Source: Amphiscolops sp. MND2022
Taxonomy: Eukaryota
Assembly: GCA_964187785.1 (NCBI GenBank)
Contig: OZ076409.1
Span: 18,044,001 to 18,108,000 of the forward strand
Direction of reading: 5' to 3'
Length of the DNA: 64,000 nt
Shown: positions 58,701 to 64,000 of the stretch, one piece after another
Position numbering within the stretch: position 1 is the stretch's first letter
Layout: every line of letters starts with the position of its first letter
Translations under genes and position numbers: made by a program
Notes under the pieces: generated by a model
The model's database searches: none
What the model was told of the DNA's origin: nothing
What the model saw: the letters and a program-made list of their open reading frames with translations, nothing else

Positions 58701-59776
58701 AAAATTCTTGGTTGAGGACGGGCATGAAAAAAACTACGGTTAAAACCAAAAACAACTGTAAAGAGAATGCATATGTTAGCATCTGCACACAGAAAAGTCC
58801 CTTAATTTTGAATGGTAAGAGTAGGAAACCCAAAATCCTTGTTTTTTCTGTGTTCCTTAACGAGTGTTTAAAAGTGCTTCTAATTTTGGTAGTTTTAGGA
58901 GTTAGATAACTAACGTGGCCTCAATGGTGTAGGGAGTAGCAGCAGTGATGCCTGAGTCAAAAGTCTTCTCTCCGGCAGTAGCACCGGCTACTTCTACAGC
59001 AGCTTCACTCTGGATGACTAAAGACACTCCTGTTCTTCCCGTTCCCGAAGTGACAGCTGTCCAACTCACCGTGAGAGAGTCAGACGCACATGTTTCCAAT
59101 GTCAATGTCGAAAGAGACTCCGGCAAAGTGCAAACAGTCACCTGCAATCATGTCACCGTTTCGTTCAAAACTGTTTTCTTGATCCCATGGTTTTGAAAAG
59201 TTGACTCACTCATTCATTGTTCTTTTGAGTTAAATGATTTCTAAAAAATTCAGGGCTCTAGCATGGCAGATGCTCAGCGTTGCAAAATGTGTGCAACGCA
59301 TTTTTTCAAAGACAACTATCTGCATCGAAATTAGAACAATTTTGAAAAACTGCAGCGAAAAAACTGACGGAAACAATTTTTCTGTGAAAACCCAATTTCT
59401 CATGAAAGTTCTAGCGTAGTACAACTTTAATTTCGCAATTGACACGAATCAACTGGGAGATGAGAGATGTCAAAACATACTTCGGCAGAATATGGCGATT
59501 CAACGGAGCTGAAGAAAATAGTGGCACGGTATTTGTACATCTTTCCTGCAGTTAACCCACTCCTAAGAGTGTTGGCGTCAACAGGAGGGTTACCCGGATC
59601 ACCGTCAATAGGATAGTTAGCTTGGTCGGGATTTGTGACTGGGACCCAAGTGGAAGAACCTTCAACCTGCTCTTCAAGAGTGTACTGGTCATACCTTCTG
59701 TCCTCTGACCCTGTGATTTGAAGCAAGATTTCAGTTGTGCTCTGCGCAGTCGCTGTTATCGTGGGTGCAGTTGGTC
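22692..59776 (-). CDS. Gene 1 (5'-partial, 21 exons): type I transmembrane protein with about 17 FN3 repeats and a short proline-rich cytoplasmic tail
   Basis: Join of 59481-59776, 58915-59141, 57214-57995, 56237-56407, 55237-55442, 54266-54852, 53084-53244, 52338-52535, 50376-50777, 48492-48649, 43896-44221, 43544-43707, 42368-42730, 40453-40731, 36117-36273, 35810-35859, 32199-32390, 31557-31783, 30590-30659, 30158-30302, 22692-22791. All introns are GT-AG, phases are compatible at all 20 junctions, total 5261 nt ending in TGA. Repeated FN3 hallmarks (P..P, V.W, L.PG..Y). Confidence 0.88.
23421..23652 (+). mobile_element. HINE-like family B copy with tRNA-like internal segment
   Basis: 5' TTATTTTCCGCCCC, 3' GCGGAAAAT...CGGTGCTTAGCGG..TTGTT; internal TGGCGCAGTTGG box-A-like motif. 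Confidence 0.6.
24834..25381. mobile_element. MITE family M1, TG TSD
   Basis: TG|CCCTAGTTGAAGCTGC...GCAGTTTCAACAAGGG|TG. Confidence 0.85.
27991..28750 (-). mobile_element. HINE-like family C with internal tandem repeats of about 171 bp
   Basis: Hairpin CCGCATGTGCGG, subterminal GGAGTCGG/CCGACTCC; repeat anchors at 28119, 28291, 28461, 28633; truncated second copy 30428-30570. Confidence 0.7.
28908..29350. repeat. Cluster of 14-bp motifs GGAATAACGTCTAA / GGAATAAGACCTAA in direct and inverted orientation
   Basis: More than 15 full or partial copies; perfect hairpin centred on AACGTT near 29310; motif recurs at about 51718-51770. Confidence 0.85.
30158..30302 (-). CDS. Gene 1 exon 20, transmembrane helix
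   Basis: PLELINLTPPAAAVVFFTIGVFVTAAAYAVLLLVGFWVFTQPPPPP|GTAAGT (different frame from the ORF-track entry). Confidence 0.9.
30590..30659 (-). CDS. Gene 1 exon 19
   Basis: ttttcAG|VYATFCNLVGEPGHIAIRTAPAA|GTAAGT completes the last FN3 domain. Confidence 0.87.
31107..31362 (+). mobile_element. HINE-like family B copy with duplicated 5' end
   Basis: About 48-bp 5' segment occurs twice; ends GGAAAATATCCCGGTGCTTAGCGGGCATCTTGTT. Confidence 0.65.
31557..31783 (-). CDS. Gene 1 exon 18, membrane-proximal FN3
   Basis: (Y)PDEP...RLKLNWTLEYGSADEYSVTF...FDNLTNHGVYIIK|GTTACC. Confidence 0.87.
32199..32390 (-). CDS. Gene 1 exon 17, FN3
   Basis: tttgcAG|VQFTIT...KFPGTRYTE...VYKCD...EACT|GTAAGT. Confidence 0.87.
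32600..34830 (-). mobile_element. LINE ORF2 3' fragment split by an inverted-repeat insertion
   Basis: LQTDLAESSDWFWYNKVT (34723-34800) continues as KVTIYTEKC...CKYLGLYID...HIAHVVRK (33155-32920). Confidence 0.8.
33156..34722. mobile_element. TG...CA element with about 500-bp inverted arms and a central gag-N-terminus-like ORF
   Basis: Arms about 33156-33645 and 34205-34722 are reverse complements; ORF 33878-34228 begins MVNTKSQ; flanks repeat AGAyAGTCACTTT. Confidence 0.8.
35810..35859 (-). CDS. Gene 1 exon 16, 50-nt small exon
   Basis: tgcAG|(V)DGSVVIVKRNCGHYRK|GTACGA; bridges phase 2 (exon 15) to phase 1 (exon 17). Confidence 0.65.
36117..36273 (-). CDS. Gene 1 exon 15, FN3 (absent from ORF track)
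   Basis: ttttAG|(C)PLPPINFRYEPKSTVEFIIKWDPPTEGGADNYVYT...|GTGAGT. Confidence 0.88.
36630..38595 (-). mobile_element. 5'-truncated, frameshifted non-LTR retrotransposon (CR1/L2 group) ORF2 RT
   Basis: PNNYRPISIT, FIDLSKAFDS, GVPQGTVLGPL, VQYADDT motifs; interrupted by a HINE-like element at 37102-37561. Confidence 0.92.
37102..37561 (-). mobile_element. HINE-like family A copy inserted in the LINE
   Basis: Begins AACAAGACGGGAACGTCTAAAGTCGGCGCTATATCTAAGGCTCAAA, matching the 56436 copy. Confidence 0.7.
38765..39136. repeat. Long inverted repeat, about 175-bp arms and 21-bp spacer
   Basis: 38765-38940 is the reverse complement of 38962-39136 with scattered mismatches. Confidence 0.92.
40453..40731 (-). 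CDS. Gene 1 exon 14, FN3
   Basis: Phase 1-1 exon containing VSGLDPGTRYNFT...YMCT|GTAAGA. Confidence 0.9.
40892..41436. mobile_element. MITE family M1, AT TSD
   Basis: AT|CCCTAGTCGAGATTGCTTGAAC...GTTCAAGCAGTTCCAACCAGGG|AT. Confidence 0.88.
41543..42045. mobile_element. MITE family M1, 3'-truncated copy
   Basis: Colinear with 40892-41436 but lacks the right TIR. Confidence 0.8.
42368..42730 (-). CDS. Gene 1 exon 13, FN3
   Basis: Phase 1-1 exon, CPLIPG...SVNITW...IDGLPGPSHKI...TAYT|GTAAGT. Confidence 0.88.
42935..43420. mobile_element. Tc1/mariner-type MITE-like element with about 120-bp inverted ends
   Basis: TA|CAGTCCTGTGATAAAAGAATGGAACCCC...GGGGTTCCATTCTTTTATCACAGGACTG|TA. Confidence 0.75.
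43544..43707 (-). CDS. Gene 1 exon 12, FN3 with RGDS
   Basis: RNGALL...PLQYGKVYAYHIDGYYESTTRGDSFD...LACT; donor GTTAGT. Confidence 0.88.
43896..44221 (-). CDS. Gene 1 exon 11, FN3
   Basis: tgcAG|GVAHEKRFYGLASSITPYVM...QCFTSPSVP...YELR|GTACAT. Confidence 0.87.
44609..45161. mobile_element. MITE family M1, GG TSD
   Basis: GG|CCCCAGTCGAGATTGC...CCAACCAGGG|GG; further fragments at 5245, about 29870-30101 and 42777. Confidence 0.87.
45804..47154 (+). mobile_element. Decayed Tc1-like DNA transposon
   Basis: TA|CACTATGATATTAAAAG...CTTTTATACCATAGTG|TA termini; transposase relics LMFWG, YQQDHAPIHKA, NSPDLNPIKHL at about 46610-47070. Confidence 0.85.
46080..46590 (-). mobile_element. LINE (CR1/L2 group) ORF2 C-terminal fragment nested in the Tc1 element
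   Basis: WHPNRGDLKKIQRLQRICFKWI...LPISL...DLLLLNK...FFFNRIIKL. Confidence 0.78.
48492..48649 (-). CDS. Gene 1 exon 10, FN3
   Basis: PEPVTDMACTGNYGPNNIEYEWQHP...SKYDN|GTTCGT, phase 0. Confidence 0.85.
48692..49515. mobile_element. Foldback-type non-autonomous element, CACT...AGTG ends, about 195-bp TIRs, internal tandem array of about 75 bp
   Basis: 48692-48890 is the reverse complement of about 49318-49515; unit CCGTACCTTACTGAAGAAGAGGTACC...CAACAAC(C)n occurs about 7 times. Confidence 0.88.
50376..50777 (-). CDS. Gene 1 exon 9, FN3
   Basis: ttttcAG|VRSILVCEA...YDNLPASYIYHCAI...FACT|GTGAGT. Confidence 0.9.
51468..52013. mobile_element. MITE family M2 (CCCAGTGTTCGAAGC TIR), TT TSD, CATG-rich interior with internal direct duplication
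   Basis: TT|CCCAGTGTTCGAAGCTATGG...CCATGGCTTCGAACACTGGG|TT. Confidence 0.85.
52338..52535 (-). CDS. Gene 1 exon 8, FN3
   Basis: tacAG|(Y)PCPVADLTATV...IEDIPFADTVYFE|GTGAGT. Confidence 0.88.
53084..53244 (-). CDS. Gene 1 exon 7, Cys-rich divergent FN3
   Basis: ctcttttAG acceptor gives a phase-2 fit; ISSDVQTSG...FATCASEECVKF...EICDCA; donor GTTAGT. Confidence 0.8.
53702..54184 (-). mobile_element. HINE-like family B copy
   Basis: Both termini match the 31107 copy; its 5' 300 bp match 4621-4900 in reverse complement. Confidence 0.68.
54266..54852 (-). CDS. Gene 1 exon 6, FN3 domains
   Basis: ALGISTTEIYVTWD...NLSPGTEYTF...VTLAWTAA; tttcAG acceptor, GTAAGT donor. Confidence 0.92.
55237..55442 (-). 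CDS. Gene 1 exon 5, FN3
   Basis: HEIKYG...HSFTGLTASSTYTITLKT...AYTKPAPPTNPK|GTACGT. Confidence 0.9.
56237..56407 (-). CDS. Gene 1 exon 4, FN3
   Basis: GTVYQYKAQSVYAG...KQCTQPKEATNLQV completes the GLTPG..Y motif; donor GTACGT. Confidence 0.9.
56436..56835 (-). mobile_element. HINE/Helentron-like family A
   Basis: Subterminal inverted motif AGTCGGCGC/GCGCCGACT near both ends, small terminal hairpin, AA flanks, no TSD; related copies at 37102-37561, about 63100-63670 and 16750. Confidence 0.65.
57214..57995 (-). CDS. Gene 1 exon 3, several FN3 domains
   Basis: 273-aa ORF with LEYGTAYTY, VTVQWDAPSGGVTGY, DLDASSFYTVEV, HTGLTP; tttcAG acceptor, GTTGGC donor. Confidence 0.93.
58915..59141 (-). 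CDS. Gene 1 exon 2, FN3
   Basis: tgcAG|VTVCTLPESL...DSLTVSWTAV...GITAATPYTIEA; donor GTTAGT, phase 2. Confidence 0.9.
59481..59776 (-). CDS. Gene 1 exon 1 (first in window), FN3 domain
   Basis: ttttAG|GA CCA ACT; PTAPTITATAQSTTEILLQI...GLTAGKMYKYRATIFFSSVESPYSAE|GTATGT. Confidence 0.9.
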
Positions 59777-59988
59777 CTAAAACAAGCAACCCTTGGGTAA
59801 AAGGTGAAGAGACTAGTTTTTAGGAGCCACATCCAGTTAGCATCTAAATTTTTGAATTTCAGTCGGACAGACAAAAACAAACAACATAGAATTCATATTC
59901 AGAACGAAGAAACAAACTATTTGACTAAGACGCGGAGACTAGAATTTCAGTTCTTTGGTATGCACCCCTCAAGATCTGAGAACAACAG

Positions 59989-62900
59989 TGTTACATGTGT
60001 CATAGTATTGAGTTCAGATTGTAAAGGTCATGTTAACATATTGACAACTGAATAACTGTCAGCCTTTTAGTTCATTATAGATGCCTGTACATTCGCAAAC
60101 AATCAATGTTACATACAAAAGAGTTACACGAAAGAATAAATTTTTACAAGCATACCCTTTCTTATTGATCCCAATTGGATAGAAAACAACATGGCGCAGC
60201 CAGACTAAAAGAATGGAGAATACCAAAACTTCAGGAAAAACAATCTCCTCAAGTGGGGAAATATCGAAACATGGGAACACAAAAAAAACGAAGGAACACA
60301 CCAATCCTACATTTGACAAAAGAGGCATACAAAAAGCCAAGCAATGCTGGCGCAGATTTCCACAGTATGTTATAATGACTCCAAACATCGACTTCAACGA
60401 AATGACATTAGACCCAGAGATAATACAACAAAACCGAGAAGATTTAAAACACCGAATTAAAGATCTAATCATATGGGCACTGGGAAAAGCGGCAATAACG
60501 GAAATGACCAGAACCGTTGGAGAAAACGACCAAACCAGAAGGGATATCAATCATTTGTACTCGCTTTTCCGGATGCACTTCATCCAGGAGCGAAACAAGT
60601 TCCATAGTCATGCTGTTTTTGTCACCCGGGAGCAGAACGAAACAGCTGAAGACGTACGGACAAAAATTCTACAAGTACGAAGGAGTTGTGAGTTCGAAAA
60701 TGTGACCCCGACAGAACTAATAGCTTTAAAATTTTAACATAAATTGGAAGATCAACACATGACTATGAATTAAAGAAGAAAATACAGGGCAGCAAACTGA
60801 CCATTGAAACAATCAAAGAACTAATACATGAATGCATGTACGATCGATTGAATGACGCGAACAACTCCAATGACGGTAGACGAATACAACACGTACACGA
60901 AAAACTACGAACAAAAGTGGTCAAAAAAGCTAGTTACAAAAGACCCAAGAAAAAACCGGATGGTCAAAAACTAAAAAACAGAGACAACCAATGTGGACAG
61001 TGCGGCGCCCCAAAATCGTCAAGACAGCGAAAAATGTCGGACAAGTTTCGCGGAATCCAGACATTGCAGAAGATGAGGACATTACTGAAATTATGCAGAT
61101 AACTGAACAAAGTGCAGTACCTCGAAAGGAAGACCTCATCAGCAGAAGAATACATTTGGGACTGGACATACAAGAACAAAGTCCAAGATAATAAGCAACA
61201 AACAAGAAATTCCAAAATACAACGCTATTTGTCAACGAGAGACCAATCAAAGTCATCATAGACAATCGATCGCCAGTTCCAATAATTCCAACTTGTTTAT
61301 TCAATGATATATTTGAAGTGAAACCAGTAAACATCTTTACTTCTGAAGATGTAAACTATCAAAGGATTGAATTTACTGGACAGACAAAAAACCGTCAAAA
61401 CAACAAAGAAGTAACAGAAATAACGCTGTTAATAACCAAGGTTCACCATCACCATTTATGAGATTATTTGAATACAACAGGTGGGAATAGAATTTACCAC
61501 TGATAACAGCGGTTACAAATACAATAAAAATTTCCCAATCACAAATATCAAAAATTCTATGATATGGAAAAGAAAATAATCCAATTGAAGAACGAATTCA
61601 AGGATCACAACAACGATATCAAAGATGTATTAGTCAAAATAAATCCGGAAGAAGGATCATCAAGTTGTGCAGCAAAAGCGACGACTATTACCAATACATC
61701 TACAAGACCAAAAAGCAAAAGATCTAAAACAACTGATAGAAAAAGAATACCGGAAAAAAAGAACTGTAAAAAACGGATGATTGCTTCGTAAGCCCAGCAG
61801 TAATAACGGTAAAGAAAGATAAATTCATCAAATTGCAGTAGACTCACCAAATATCAATATTAAAAAAACACAACTGCCGATTATGGAGGAACCAGTTTTG
61901 AGATTATCAAGGAAAATATCTGAAGCTGACGACGGATAAGTTTTGACAACGAAGTTGGATTTCTACTATGCTTACGGACAGACAAACGTAGACGAAAAGT
62001 TGAGAAACCTACGCATATTCACCGTCACAGGTGGAGGGAGAATTCACAGGATACAACCGTTTCCTCAAAGGATTCTACGCACTATCAGATAACCCAACAA
62101 TTTTTCAGGAACGGATTAATAGAATCCTGGAACACAAACCCCCGGGATGGTTCGACGACACTATAACAGTAACAAAGCAGGACATGAAGAAAAACGAAAC
62201 GGAAGCTCGAGAAACGAAGAAAAATTTTTAGAACGCAGGGTACAGACCAAAGCCAAAGAAATGCGCTCTTCTTCAACATGCAAGTTTTATTGGGATGAAG
62301 GAATAAATGGGAACATTCCTCCATCCCAATAATCGACCACCGATTGGGAAATACGCTAGAAATACGCCCTGTACAAGACAAACTGGAAGCAATAACAACA
62401 ATAAACACACCAAAGAACAACAAAGAACTAAAGTACTTCTTGGAGCAATCCAATATCTCTCAAAATGCATAAAAAACAACCAACACCGATATTTTGAGAG
62501 AACTATTGAAGACGCAATACGAATGGAACATGACAGACAAACACACGAACGCTTTCAACAAGTTAAAGGAATTTATCACCAATATCCTCTGTTTAGCACA
62601 CTATAACGCGAATAGCTAAAAAAATAACAAGGGATGCCAGTACAAAAAGCTTGGGAGCAACACTGTGGCAACAACAGAGAGAGGGTAATTTAAATCCGGT
62701 CGGATATGCAAGTCACTACGGTAGATTCCTATCGAACACTCAAAAAAATTAGGGAAAAAACCTGGAATTATTCGCAGAGGTGAGGAACTGGACTATTTCA
62801 GACTTCACATATACGGAAGACCAATTGAATTACTGACAGATCATCCAGCGCTAGAACCACTATTAAAAAAACAGATCAATGAAGACATACATTGCAAGAT

Positions 62901-64000
62901 TAACGTTGTGGTTGGACAAACGGGCACACTTTCATATTTTATTATCATACATAGCGAGCGAACATCGGTGACTTACAGAGTACTTGAGCAGAAATCCAGT
63001 ATCAAAACCAGAACCAACAGAAAATTACTACAAAGAAAACGCAATTGATTGCCTATTGAGTTCATCAACAAATACGGCAGCATCGACTAATCAAAGACAC
63101 AAGCCGGGAACGCCATAAACCGGCGCCATATCCAAGGCTCAAAAATAGCAAAAGGACCTCCAAGTGGCAATCTACAGTACTCGAAAATCGAAAAAAAATG
63201 GACCGAGTGGCGTGCTGGGGCCCGCTAGCGCGATCCCCTGGCGCGCTAAAAGGGGGACACTTCCGAAATTGTTAACATTTTTGTCGCAGTTGAAGGAGGG
63301 ACCTTTTGGAGAAACAAATTTCACAATACCGAAAAACTGAAAAGGAGTATCCTTTGGGATTTTTCAACATCCATTTTGTTGTAAAATGTCAAAGCAATTG
63401 AAGGGGAGGCCTTTGGAGAAAAAATTTTCTGAGAAAAAGTCTGACAGTGCCGAAACATATAAAAAGAACAACCCTTTTGGTCTCGGTAAAATATGTTACG
63501 CAGGAAAACAGGAAAAACCTTTTTGGTTAAATTCGCTAGGCCAAATGATTTAAATTGACACCATAGCATTTGGTAGAACTTTCAAGAAATATTTTGGTCA
63601 GTTCGTAAGGATTGGAAAAGAATAGTCACTCTAATAGTCGCGATTCGCGTCATGAAGCACAGCCTAAAAGGAAACACAAATGGACCGATCTGAGGAGTGT
63701 GAAGAAAAATGGGACCAAAGACAAGACACCTACCAAAACAAACAGAAGTCAAGAAAACTAAATTGAAGGATCGCAGTTGGTTGATAGCAACTCAACAGAA
63801 AGCATTACACGTGAACACTTACGAACAGCAAAAGAAATTGAAGTGGATATCAAAAAGATTGAACAATAAAATCGATACAGTAGGTGGCCGGCAGCATGTG
63901 TTTGCCAAACACTCACAGGGAAAACAGCAAAAAGTTTTCTAGAACAATGTATCACCTTGAAAGGAATACGACAACCAATCAGAACGGATAAAGGCACCGC
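59989..64000 (+). mobile_element. Decayed Ty3/Gypsy element (LTR, PBS, gag, PR, RT, RNase H, start of integrase) running off the window
   Basis: LTR TGTTACATGTG...ACAACA 59989-60191; PBS TGGCGCAGCC; gag similar to the 2.4-kb copy; RT GEFTGYNRFLKGFYALSDNPTIFQ...WFDD; RNase H DASTKSLGATLWQ and LLTDHPALEPL; integrase IRTDKGT at the window end. Confidence 0.9.
63100..63670 (-). mobile_element. HINE-like family A copy inserted in the Gypsy pol
   Basis: CGGCGCCATATCCAAGGCTCAAAA...AGTCACTCTAATAGTCGCG similar to the 56436 copy. Confidence 0.6.

Noticed and set aside
22692..59776. Naming gene 1 as a receptor phosphatase, usherin, tenascin or fibronectin
   Set aside because: Only FN3, TM and a short tail are visible; diagnostic domains are absent or outside the window

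Overview
AT-rich eukaryotic (invertebrate animal-like) genomic DNA with spliceosomal introns; nothing prokaryotic, and no rRNA, intact tRNA gene or CRISPR array is supported. Two minus-strand, head-to-tail fibronectin type III (FN3) repeat genes were assembled by hand from GT-AG exons. Gene 1 has 21 exons in the window (59776 to 22692, about 1750 codons, 5' end beyond the right edge). All intron phases are compatible. It encodes about 17 FN3 domains, one transmembrane helix and a short polyproline cytoplasmic tail, with no phosphatase or kinase domain. Gene 2 (signal-peptide exon at 20341, then two FN3 exons) appears to continue past the left edge. Notable protein features are a regular cysteine pattern suggesting disulfide-linked FN3 pairs and an RGDS in the predicted F-G loop of one domain. 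Introns are filled with transposon debris: three decayed tRNA-Ser-primed Ty3/Gypsy elements, CR1/L2-group LINE fragments, a Tc1-like element, CCC...GGG MITEs with 2-bp TSDs, three Helentron/HINE-like families, a tRNA-derived SINE, satellites and several long palindromes. Coordinates were read by eye; TE edges are approximate and no database search was run.
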